Assembly: GCA_965218785.1 (NCBI GenBank)
Contig: OZ244650.1
Coordinates: 1,824,001 to 1,888,000, forward strand
Reading direction: 5' to 3'
From: Nitrosopumilus sp.
GTDB taxonomy: Archaea; Thermoproteota; Nitrososphaeria; Nitrososphaerales; Nitrosopumilaceae
Length of the DNA: 64,000 nucleotides
Shown one piece after another: positions 29,694 to 38,540 of the stretch. Under the pieces are notes generated by a model. It saw only the letters and a program-made list of their open reading frames with translations, was not told the DNA's origin and did no database searches. Every line of letters starts with the position of its first letter. The stretch's first letter is position 1. The position numbers were made by a program, and so were the translations under genes.

Positions 29694-31787
29694 TCAGACG
29701 ATATATGGCGACTTGCACTGTGGGCACTTGTCTTCAAATGGCTCGTCTTTGAAACCACACTCGCCACATATTGCAATCCTCTTTACAGGCTTGAAGGAGG
29801 GGGTAAGGGCGGCTGTCTTTTCAATTGATTTTTTGATTAAATCGACCTTTGTGTCGTTGTCAATATTTAGTGTCACGAGTAATCCCCCATTGAGCAGCTT
29901 TGATAGCTTGTTACACTCTGAGATGGATTCGCTCTTGCTGGTATAATCGGCGACTTTGGATGCGTTAATCACCACGCCCTCAGAATAAGAATCACTTTCC
30001 ATTGAGTTGAGGGCAGAATTCTTGCCATATTTCTCGCCGTCTAGACTGGCAAAACGGTGTGAGCCCTCAGTTTCAATCATGGAAATAGTTACAGGATCGC
30101 CTAGTTCCTTGCCTTTCTTGGCTGCAACATCGACTGCAGTCTCGATGACTTTGTGAAGAATGTTACGACCTTCTTTGTTGTCTGGGAATCCAAGTATGTT
30201 AAAGACTGCTTCTTTGAGTCCCACCAAGTTTACAACAAGAGAGACAGAACTTCTTTGCATGTATTGTGTATTTTTTGCAAGAATTGGATTTAGTCCCCTC
30301 CTAGTAAGATCGGAAATATCTTTTTTTCTTAATGCCATTGAAGATAGTGCGGGTTTCATTAGTAATGCAAGTCTTGCTCTAAAGTAAGTTTCATCCTTGT
30401 TTGATTCAAAAGCAAGACGTGGAAGGTTTATGGAAACTGATTGCAGTGTTATTGAAAGTGAATCACTGTTCTTTGTAGAACCGTTTGTGACGCCATAGCT
30501 AGATATCTGACCTTTGGCAAACATTATTTTTCCACCAAGTGAGAATATTTCAGCAGCTGATTCTGAAACATCGGTAATCTTTCCCTTTTCGTGATCTATA
30601 ATCAGACCGATTTTTGGAACTGGTGTTATCTTTGTATAATTTTTGTATGCATTGATAATTGAATTGATTATTTTTGTGTCAGAGCCCAGTTGTAATCTAA
30701 TTGATATGTTGGTACTTGTTTTGTTGTATTTGGAGGTTGTAGATGCAGTTGCAAACGCATTAGTCAGTTTTTGTTCGAGTTCTGGGAGGGATTTTGAGTG
30801 TTTTGCAAACAATGAAACTAGTCCATCAAGTACAATTTCTTGTGAGGCCTCCTTTGAGAGAAGGGAGATTACGATGGATAATGAGCTTGTAATTTCATCA
30901 AGTTGTTTGGATGCAGGAATTCGTGATACATCGAGGTATTTTCCGCCAAGATCAATTCCATTTTCAATCAGTTCTTTAACGTTGACAAATACTGTATCGG
31001 GAATCATAGACCAGATTCCGGGATTGGTAATATGCAAGTCTCCAGAAAGATGCGAGTCTGCAACGTCTTTTGGTAGGATGTTAGTAAGTAGTTGTTCTGC
31101 AAACACTCTCTGTCCTGCGTTAAACAAAAGACCCTCAGCACCATTATCTATGTTATCTAGGTTTGACATCATCTCTTTGACGTCATTTACAGGCATGCCT
31201 AGGCGTGCAAGCTTGTTTCTATATTCCTCATGACCGTGTTCTAGGAGAACAGAGTTTACCATTTCTCGAATAAGCGAGCCTGTCAGATAGGTAGTCTGAT
31301 ATTTGTAGATTCTATTTTCCACCTCTTCAGTAATTTTTTGCGCAAGTTCCAACGGAAGGCTTCCCTCACGAACCAGCGATTGGATGATTTTATGGGAGTT
31401 AAATTCCTCAATGGACTCGTGTGATGTCCTAACATACATTTTTCCACTCTCAATAATTGATCTTTCTTCAATTTGCCGTGCCAGGCTCAAAACCAGCTTT
31501 CCCAGATTGGTAATGGTGTAACGTCTTTCAGATTTGTTGAGTGCAACGAGGGATTGTCTTAGTAATTTTCTCAGGTGGTATGCAAATTTGCCGCTCTCTT
31601 TTTTTGACTTGAAACCGGCCAGGGACTTTAGCTCAGAATAGGTCAAAGGACCCTTGGAATTTAAAATTCGAAGTATGTCTATTCTGTTAGGACTGGCCAT
31701 TACAGAGAAGATCATTCTTACGCGTTTTGATGTGGATTGTAATATTCCGCCTCTCTTTAATTCCGAGACTTCTTCACTTAGTTCCAT
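29694..31787 (-). CDS. ArsR-like HTH + ATP cone + degenerate class III RNR (NrdD-like) fold lacking catalytic residues
   Basis: ASPNRIDILRIL..LTYSELK..FAYHLRKL; VRTS..IEEFNSHKI; HLSGDLH, SINLPRLA, VGLKEA, CGEC..CPQC; ends before any RxxGY. Confidence 0.88.
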   Translation of the reverse strand: MELSEEVSELKRGGILQSTSKRVRMIFSVMASPNRIDILRILNSKGPLTYSELKSLAGFKSKKESGKFAYHLRKLLRQSLVALNKSERRYTITNLGKLVLSLARQIEERSIIESGKMYVRTSHESIEEFNSHKIIQSLVREGSLPLELAQKITEEVENRIYKYQTTYLTGSLIREMVNSVLLEHGHEEYRNKLARLGMPVNDVKEMMSNLDNIDNGAEGLLFNAGQRVFAEQLLTNILPKDVADSHLSGDLHITNPGIWSMIPDTVFVNVKELIENGIDLGGKYLDVSRIPASKQLDEITSSLSIVISLLSKEASQEIVLDGLVSLFAKHSKSLPELEQKLTNAFATASTTSKYNKTSTNISIRLQLGSDTKIINSIINAYKNYTKITPVPKIGLIIDHEKGKITDVSESAAEIFSLGGKIMFAKGQISSYGVTNGSTKNSDSLSITLQSVSINLPRLAFESNKDETYFRARLALLMKPALSSMALRKKDISDLTRRGLNPILAKNTQYMQRSSVSLVVNLVGLKEAVFNILGFPDNKEGRNILHKVIETAVDVAAKKGKELGDPVTISMIETEGSHRFASLDGEKYGKNSALNSMESDSYSEGVVINASKVADYTSKSESISECNKLSKLLNGGLLVTLNIDNDTKVDLIKKSIEKTAALTPSFKPVKRIAICGECGFKDEPFEDKCPQCKSPYIV

Positions 31788-31941
31788 GCATTTTTCTAAA
31801 TGTGGGAGTAAATAAGACTTATGACTAGATCATTTGATATGATTTTTGATCAAATTTGTCATTAAAGAATAATAATTTGTAATATCAGCGATCTAATTTT
31901 AAAAAATTATAAAAGCGATCTTGTTTGGAGATCATTTGGGA

Positions 31942-32103
31942 TCAGTTTTCATGTACATCAAGTGAGAACTCTGATGTAGAAAGTTTTTGTCCACATGAGG
32001 GACATTTACCGCTATAAGGATTCATTACGTCTTTTAGGGATTTTAACATCTTCATGTTTGTGATCTTTTCACCACATTTGCCACATGTAATTTCTACAGA
32101 CAT
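31942..32103 (-). CDS. Small zinc-ribbon (CPxCG) protein, 53 aa (not in ORF track)
   Basis: MSVEITCGKCGEKIT...GKCPSCGQKLS. Confidence 0.8.
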   Translation of the reverse strand: MSVEITCGKCGEKITNMKMLKSLKDVMNPYSGKCPSCGQKLSTSEFSLDVHEN

Positions 32104-32173
32104 AAGTACGATCAGATATGCAAAATAATTAAGAACCAGTTTTGATTTTTTTTAATAATTCAAGCAAATTATT

Positions 32174-32539
32174 TTACTGCTTTTCTATGATGATTCCACG
32201 TTCATCAAAGCCGGTTATTTTGGCCAGGGTTCCTACAGGCAGATCCGCAGGGGTGGAAATTCCCTCCATAAATCCAGAAATTCTCAGATCTGACGTGTCT
32301 AATTGAAGCATCACAAAGGCATATGGGGTGTATTTTTCAAAGCCGGCAGGGGCGACTGTAATTATGGTATATGTGGCAATTGTGCCTGTGCCCTCTAAAA
32401 GAACATCTTCAAATGCCTTGCTTCCGCATTTTAGGCAGTAATAAGCAGTAGACAGATGAAGGTGACTGCAGCCGGTGCATTTGTGGGTTAAAAGCTTGCC
32501 CTGTTTGGCATTTTCAATAACTTTTTCTTCAACTGACAT
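32174..32539 (-). CDS. DUF35 Zn-ribbon/OB-fold protein (thiolase partner)
   Basis: CTGC...CLKCG, GTIATYTII..AP.GF..TPY; directly after thiolase; likely start MSVEEK. Confidence 0.9.
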   Translation of the reverse strand: MSVEEKVIENAKQGKLLTHKCTGCSHLHLSTAYYCLKCGSKAFEDVLLEGTGTIATYTIITVAPAGFEKYTPYAFVMLQLDTSDLRISGFMEGISTPADLPVGTLAKITGFDERGIIIEKQ

Positions 32540-32540
32540 G

Positions 32541-33704
32541 TCATACACTCTGAAATATGTGGACTGCACAACTTGCACCAGTAGCACCAAAGTTGTGGGT
32601 TAAGCCAATTTTTGCATCTTTAACGGTTCTCTCACCTGCATTTCCGGTTAGTTGATCATATACTTCTGCTACCTGTCCAATACCGGTAGCCCCGATTGGG
32701 TGTCCTTTTGATTTGAGACCGCCTGAAGGATTTATTGAAATATCAGAGTTTAGTTTTGTCCTGTCTTCACGGACTGCCTGAACGCCCTCCCCTTTCTTGA
32801 AGAATCCCAGATCTTCGGTATCAACTACTTCTGCAATTGTAAAGCAGTCATGTACTTCAGCAAAGTCGATGTCTTTTGCAGTGAGACCTGCCATCTTGTA
32901 TGCTGCTTCGGATGCGATCTTTGTACTTGGAATGGTTGTAATATGCTCGCGTCCTTGCAACGCAGCAGGTGATCCGCCCCTGCCTGATCCGGTCACTTCA
33001 ATGTAATCACCGCCGTGTTCTTTTGCAAATTTTTCAGAACAAAGAATTACAGAGCTTGCACCATCAGAGAAGGGGCAGCAGTCATAAAGTTTCAATGGAC
33101 TTGCAACTACGGCGGAATTCATTACATCCTCAACTGTAATTTTCTTTTGCATGTGAGCTTTTGGATTTAACATCCCGTTATCATGATTCTTTACTGCAAC
33201 CTTTGCAAAGTCTTCTTCAGTTGCATCAAATTCAGTCAGGTAGGCCCGTGCCATTGATGCAAACAATCCTGGAAATGATGCTCCGGATTGACCTTCATAG
33301 AAAAAGTCCGAACAATATGCAAAGTAGGTTGTCGTCCATTCAGTTCCCGTGTGTGTCACTTTTTCAACACCGGTTGCAATAAGACAATCATAAAACCCTG
33401 CCGCAATATTCGCATATGCCTCCCTAAAAGATACAGAACCGCTCCCGCATGCGGATTCTATTGTAAGTGATGGTTTATCGGGAATTCCCAGTCTGCTCAT
33501 CAGGACAGGTCCTATGTGTACCTGCTTGTCTGCAACTCCAAAGACATTTGAGATGTAGGATGCTTTGATGTCTTTTGGAGTAATTCCCGCACTTTCTATG
33601 GCTGAAACTGATGCCTGAGTAGTAATATCGGCAAGGCTGCCTGCTAATTTTCCATATTTGGTGCTGCCTGCGCCAAGAACACAAACCTTGTCCACAAATG
33701 TCAC
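32541..33704 (-). CDS. Acetyl-CoA acetyltransferase (archaeal thiolase)
   Basis: ESACGSG, CCPFSDGA, EVHDCF, NPSGGLKSKGHPIGATG. Confidence 0.92.
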   Translation of the reverse strand: MTFVDKVCVLGAGSTKYGKLAGSLADITTQASVSAIESAGITPKDIKASYISNVFGVADKQVHIGPVLMSRLGIPDKPSLTIESACGSGSVSFREAYANIAAGFYDCLIATGVEKVTHTGTEWTTTYFAYCSDFFYEGQSGASFPGLFASMARAYLTEFDATEEDFAKVAVKNHDNGMLNPKAHMQKKITVEDVMNSAVVASPLKLYDCCPFSDGASSVILCSEKFAKEHGGDYIEVTGSGRGGSPAALQGREHITTIPSTKIASEAAYKMAGLTAKDIDFAEVHDCFTIAEVVDTEDLGFFKKGEGVQAVREDRTKLNSDISINPSGGLKSKGHPIGATGIGQVAEVYDQLTGNAGERTVKDAKIGLTHNFGATGASCAVHIFQSV

Positions 33705-33751
33705 TGACCAAAGTCCCTATAAAAGTCGTTTTAGTAAACTGATCATAGAAA

Positions 33752-34216
33752 ATGCCGCCAAAGAAAACCAGTCTTCGAGCTGTTCAAATTAAAAAGACAC
33801 CAAGGCATGTGGTCAGAATTACAAAGTCAAAGACCAGCGTCTTTAGAAAAGAGATTATCCAGTATTTGGATTGTAACGGATACCTCTCTTGGTCATCAAA
33901 AGAGAAGAGATACATGATTCTTGGCACCAATTCCCCAAAAAACGGGCTCGTCCGGTGTCCCCAGTGCGGGATCGGGGAATTGATGGTAATCAGATCACCG
34001 ACAACAAAAAAGCGATTCATGGGCTGTTCTAACTTTTATGGCGGGTGCAAGGCCTCATCCCCCTTATTGCAAAAGGCAAAAGTTAGGGCAATAAAGAGCC
34101 CCTGTGGCGTATGTAAATGGCCAATGATAATCTTTCGTTATTCACGAAAACAGAGATGGACAAAACAATGCTCAAATTTCAACTGTAAAAGCAGAGATAC
34201 TAAGCCTTCAAAGTAG
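33752..34216 (+). CDS. Topoisomerase-type C4 zinc-finger protein
   Basis: CPQCG..ELMVIR...RFMGCSNF..C; CGVC..CSNFNC. Confidence 0.85.
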   Translation: MPPKKTSLRAVQIKKTPRHVVRITKSKTSVFRKEIIQYLDCNGYLSWSSKEKRYMILGTNSPKNGLVRCPQCGIGELMVIRSPTTKKRFMGCSNFYGGCKASSPLLQKAKVRAIKSPCGVCKWPMIIFRYSRKQRWTKQCSNFNCKSRDTKPSK

Positions 34217-35006
34217 GATAAATATCGGTTCTTCTGTTTTTAAGCAGTGGCAAAATTTTTCGTATCTCTCGCACTTTGTTCAAATCAATGGTAGCAAAAC
34301 CTATTCCCTGCCTCTTTTTCATGTCAAGCATGATTTTTCCATACGGATCAACTACCAGGCTTCTTCCACAGTAGATGTTTCCAACTTGATCTGGTGCAAT
34401 TACATAGCATCCGTTTTCAATGGCTCGCGTTTTGTTAATTGTTATCCAATGCTCCTCTTTCATGCTGCCTCGGACCCAGGCAGACGGTACGACCAAAATT
34501 TCAGAACCGGCAACTGCAAGAGAGCGCGAGATCTCGGGAAATCTTAAATCATAACAGATCATTACGCCGACTTTGCCCAGCAGGGTCTTTACAGGCTTTG
34601 CAATCTTGGAACCTGGAAGCATTTTGTCTGATTCCCGGAATCCCAATGCGTCATAGAGATGAATCTTGCGATAAGTGGAGATTACTTTGCCTGACCTGTC
34701 AATCACAAAGGAGGTGTCATATACGCGATCTTTTTTTCCGCTCTTTTCATAAAACGAGCCTATGACTTGTATGTGATTTTCTTTTGCCGCATCTGCAATT
34801 GTTGTGACAAAATTTCCTTTGATTGTTTCAGCCAAGTTTGCAAGCTGTCTGGGGGTTTGAGAGGAACTCGTATAAAACATCATAAATTCAGGAAATGCGC
34901 ACAGTGCCGCGTTTTTTGAGGCCGACTTTGAGATGTATGAAATGATTTTTTTTAAATTGGTTTCTTTGTTAGTTGATGCTTTGAATTGAACAATTGCAGC
35001 TTTCAT
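34200..35006 (-). CDS. Carbon-nitrogen hydrolase (nitrilase/Nit1-like)
   Basis: FPE, YRKIHLYD, ICYDLRFPE triad. Confidence 0.92.
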   Translation of the reverse strand: MKAAIVQFKASTNKETNLKKIISYISKSASKNAALCAFPEFMMFYTSSSQTPRQLANLAETIKGNFVTTIADAAKENHIQVIGSFYEKSGKKDRVYDTSFVIDRSGKVISTYRKIHLYDALGFRESDKMLPGSKIAKPVKTLLGKVGVMICYDLRFPEISRSLAVAGSEILVVPSAWVRGSMKEEHWITINKTRAIENGCYVIAPDQVGNIYCGRSLVVDPYGKIMLDMKKRQGIGFATIDLNKVREIRKILPLLKNRRTDIYPTLKA

Positions 35007-35140
35007 GTGATTGATTAATCAAATGACAATAAAAGGATAAACCATTATGCCAGATGTGCCATGTCATATGCGGGTCTTCCATTGATATACAATGACTGCA
35101 GACTGGATATGTTATCCATGCGGTTCTTTTTAAAAAATAA

Positions 35141-35317
35141 TTAAAGTTGGCTTCCTGCCAAAAACCAATTTTCTTTAGGATTCTCCTCAAAAACAACAAT
35201 TATGTGGCTTTCCTTTGTCTTGAGAATCTCCACTGCTGATTTTGTGATTGCTTTTGCATATTCGTCCTTTTGCTCCTGTGTTCTGCCAGGATACATTGAT
35301 ACCGTAATCAAGGGCAT
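35141..35317 (-). CDS. 4-oxalocrotonate tautomerase family protein, 58 aa (not in ORF track)
   Basis: MPLITVSMYPGRTQEQKDEYAKAIT...ENWFLAG; catalytic Pro1 and GR...QK. Confidence 0.9.
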   Translation of the reverse strand: MPLITVSMYPGRTQEQKDEYAKAITKSAVEILKTKESHIIVVFEENPKENWFLAGSQL

Positions 35318-35350
35318 GATAATTTCAAGCAGATTCGGTGATTTATTCTT

Positions 35351-36136
35351 TCAATAATCATCTGGTCTGTAACCATACCTTGTACCATATGTAAAATCAG
35401 ACCTAAACATTTTTTTGTAGATGTATCCGGTTCCAAAACCAACTGCAAACCCGCCAATGTGCGCAAGAAATGCAACGCCGCCTGACGCACCAAATCCGGG
35501 TACGAAAAACGGAAGTAGATTTTGGAAAATCAGCCAAAAAGGTAAGAAGAATCTGGCCTGAATATGCATCATGAAATAACCCATTAATGTCAAAATTCTG
35601 GCTTTTGGAAAAATTATAAGATATGCACCCAAGATTCCTGAAATTGCACCAGATGCGCCTACTGCAGGAATTGGACTGGTAGGATCTGCAATTATGTGAG
35701 CTAATCCAGCTATAATTCCCCAACTTAGATAAATTAAAAGATACTTGAATTTTCCAAATTTCTGTTCAATGTTATCTCCAAACACCCACAAAAATAACAT
35801 GTTGCCACCAAAATGAAGCAGGCCGCCATGCATGAAAGTTGAACTCAGTAAGGATATGTATGGTACGGCGGGACATGAAAGTGCAACAGGACCCCTGCCA
35901 AAATTAATAATGGATTCACTTGCGCCTGTAACGCAGTTTGGAACAGCACCCCAGTTGTAATACATGCTAATTGTATTTAGATGGGCTCCATTCTCATCTA
36001 CCATTGCAAAATCAAAAAACTGTCCGGTAACTGCAACCTGAATAAAAAATACAACAGTATTTGCCGCAATTAATGCAATTGTCATTCGGGGTTTAAATCC
36101 CGGAGGATGGGGATTTTCGTCTTTTAATGGTATCAT
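35351..36136 (-). CDS. Rhomboid intramembrane serine protease
   Basis: MIPLKD.NP, FMHGG..H..GNMLFL..FG, GASGAISG, AHIGG. Confidence 0.93.
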   Translation of the reverse strand: MIPLKDENPHPPGFKPRMTIALIAANTVVFFIQVAVTGQFFDFAMVDENGAHLNTISMYYNWGAVPNCVTGASESIINFGRGPVALSCPAVPYISLLSSTFMHGGLLHFGGNMLFLWVFGDNIEQKFGKFKYLLIYLSWGIIAGLAHIIADPTSPIPAVGASGAISGILGAYLIIFPKARILTLMGYFMMHIQARFFLPFWLIFQNLLPFFVPGFGASGGVAFLAHIGGFAVGFGTGYIYKKMFRSDFTYGTRYGYRPDDY

Positions 36137-36347
36137 GATGTTAAACTTGAGTAAAATTTGTATAATAAGATTATTGGTGTTTAATTAATTTTAATGATGA
36201 GATGACTAATTTATCAGAAAATGGGGGAAAATATGAGAAATGAAAAGAGAGGATGACTAATTTATCATCTGCTGCTGCGTATATGGTGATTTTATCCCAA
36301 TGGATGAAAAGGAATTGGCTGATTTCTCATATGTGGCATGCCAATAA

Positions 36348-37664
36348 TCAGACCCTGACAAGTCCGGTCAGGATCAACCATTCAACCCCTTTGAGAAATT
36401 CCGAATCAGAGAGAAGATCATCAGACCACCATTTTGCGTTGTTTTTGAGCCATGGAGGCAGCAGCAGGCTGGTTTCAGATGTCTGCCCCAAGACAGCATC
36501 ATCTGAGATATTGATGATGTTTTCCTCGATCAAAAATCGGATTCCCTGGACGAATGAATCATCATCTAATTGCCCGTCTGCCCACCGGCCTGCGTTGTTT
36601 TTGAGCCACTCGGGAACAAAGACTGCTTCAATTAATTCGCCATTGGGATCAAATCCGGAGATTGTTAAAACTCCAGATGACTGAGGTTCGACTAAAAATG
36701 CCACGTGCCAGTTTCCCATATCATCAGTACTTTGAATCGAATCGACGTGTTGATCATTTAGAGAAACTTTGAGGGATTCATTCTCAGAATATTTGGGAAA
36801 TTCCAAGTTGATGGAATTTTGAAGAGGCCATCCCTTAATCAAATTAAATGAGAGGCTTGTTTCTTTTGAATCAAATTCAGGATATGACAGGAGAATTCCA
36901 GAGTCATATCTTATTCTAAAGGCATCATCACCCCTAGGTACGTTCAGGACAACAACGCTATCCTGGCCAACTGCAAAACAGCTGTAATACCAGACCCTGG
37001 TTGCAACAGTCGGATCCGGATACATTGAAAATTCCCTAGTCTCGCCTGGTCTCATCTCAGTAATTGGAAGGGTGTTTTGGCCCATGTCCAATGCCTCATT
37101 ATCAAATCCATGGATAATTGCAAAGATCTTGATATCAGAGATGGTTTCAGTCCCGGAATTGGTTATTCTTCCAGTCAGATGACCGTCTTCATGAACGATC
37201 AAAGTTTGATCATAAATGACATCTACTGGAATCGTTTCTGCCTTTGTTTTTTCAAATGATATCTCTGCTGGCATCAAAACAGGCCAGTTGATTTCTGAAA
37301 TTTCGGGAAACTTGATCTTAAATGGGATTTCTTCTCCGGGGGGCACAGGTACATGCTGAATTGTTTTAGAAAATGTTTCAAAAGTATCTTTTACCGAGAT
37401 GAAAATTGTAGGAATTATTGCATAATCAAGGTCGTTTTTTACATTACCAACGACGGTATAAATTCCAGTTGAATCAAAATATCCGACATACTCATCAGGC
37501 GGGATAAAAACTTCAGCAAATGAAAGTTGTGGAACAAACAGCAGGGAAGATAAAACCCCCAATAACAAAAACAGATTTTTTGAGACTGGGATCCTAGAAA
37601 GAATTGATGATGTCTTCGAGTCCCGACGCCGGTTTCTCAAGTAAGTTCGGTTTATAGTCCTCAA
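36348..37664 (-). CDS. Secreted multi-Ig-like-domain protein with two C-terminal PxWxKNNAxW domains
   Basis: Signal-like LFLLLGVLSSLL..SFA; G.VKN/G.ITN FxLYD-like repeats; true start probably near 37590. Confidence 0.8.
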   Translation of the reverse strand: MRTINRTYLRNRRRDSKTSSILSRIPVSKNLFLLLGVLSSLLFVPQLSFAEVFIPPDEYVGYFDSTGIYTVVGNVKNDLDYAIIPTIFISVKDTFETFSKTIQHVPVPPGEEIPFKIKFPEISEINWPVLMPAEISFEKTKAETIPVDVIYDQTLIVHEDGHLTGRITNSGTETISDIKIFAIIHGFDNEALDMGQNTLPITEMRPGETREFSMYPDPTVATRVWYYSCFAVGQDSVVVLNVPRGDDAFRIRYDSGILLSYPEFDSKETSLSFNLIKGWPLQNSINLEFPKYSENESLKVSLNDQHVDSIQSTDDMGNWHVAFLVEPQSSGVLTISGFDPNGELIEAVFVPEWLKNNAGRWADGQLDDDSFVQGIRFLIEENIINISDDAVLGQTSETSLLLPPWLKNNAKWWSDDLLSDSEFLKGVEWLILTGLVRV

Positions 37665-38094
37665 TTAACTCATCTACAAGATCTCTTACTTTAATATGAT
37701 ATCTCTTTTTTAGCTCAACAGGTCGGATCTCCACTAAACCGTCTTCAACAAGTTGTGATAGGTATAATGAGACCGTTGATGGGGATTTTTTAACCTTCCT
37801 TACTAGTTGCCCAAAGTCCATTCCATCCTCACTGATTAGTGCAAATAGCAGATCACGCGGGGTCTGCCTGCGTAGTGCCTTGATTACCTTTGACTCGTCT
37901 TCGGTAATTTGTGGAGGATAAAATCTAGCCTGTCGCGGGCCGCGGATTGATTTTATGATGCCGTTTTTTTCTAATTTTTCCAAGTAATGACTTAGGACCC
38001 CGTTTTTCAATCCGGATGAACGCATTATCTCACGGAACTGAATTCCGGGATTTTCTTCAATGATTTGCTGTATTTGTGAATCCCTATCAGTCAT
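37594..38094 (-). CDS. Double winged-HTH transcriptional regulator
   Basis: ENPGIQFREI..GVLSHYL..LEK; second HTH SPSTVSLYLSQL. Confidence 0.88.
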   Translation of the reverse strand: MTDRDSQIQQIIEENPGIQFREIMRSSGLKNGVLSHYLEKLEKNGIIKSIRGPRQARFYPPQITEDESKVIKALRRQTPRDLLFALISEDGMDFGQLVRKVKKSPSTVSLYLSQLVEDGLVEIRPVELKKRYHIKVRDLVDELIEDYKPNLLEKPASGLEDIINSF

Positions 38095-38479
38095 TTCTAA
38101 ACACCCCGCACGCTAACAATCCCAATGTAAGAAATGTCAATAAATGTCCTATCTCCGAAAGTGTCAGTTCACCAAGATCATATAGTACAGGCCAGGTGGC
38201 ATCAACTAGCAGCACGCCTTCAACGGCAATAAAATTAACAAATGCTATGGCACTAAGCAAAAGTCGTTTTGTTTTTAACCTGTAATATGCAATTCCAGCA
38301 AGTATTGAAATAAACACGGCAAGAGTAATCCCTCCCACGTGCAAAAAGATGTGTACCAGATGAAAGCCATGCATCAGGTGGGGGATGATTATTGGCAGGG
38401 CCAAAACTGCTACAACTCCGGCAACCACAATAGAAAACAGAGCTGATTTTCTCTCAACCATGCTTTCAGGCCTGAACAA
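38087..38479 (-). CDS. Small His-rich 4-TM membrane protein
   Basis: Four hydrophobic segments; PHLMHGFHLVHIFLH. Confidence 0.8.
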   Translation of the reverse strand: MFRPESMVERKSALFSIVVAGVVAVLALPIIIPHLMHGFHLVHIFLHVGGITLAVFISILAGIAYYRLKTKRLLLSAIAFVNFIAVEGVLLVDATWPVLYDLGELTLSEIGHLLTFLTLGLLACGVFRND

Positions 38480-38540
38480 AGTAATGGATTTTGCCTGCTT
38501 ACTAATTTAAAATAACTGGTTCATATGAAATAAGAACCGA

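Noticed and set aside
29694-31787. Functional anaerobic ribonucleotide reductase NrdD
   Set aside because: No glycyl-radical motif, catalytic Cys not evident, no activase nearby
34969-35199. 76-aa ORF from the track
   Set aside because: Overlaps the better-supported tautomerase and nitrilase genes in other frames
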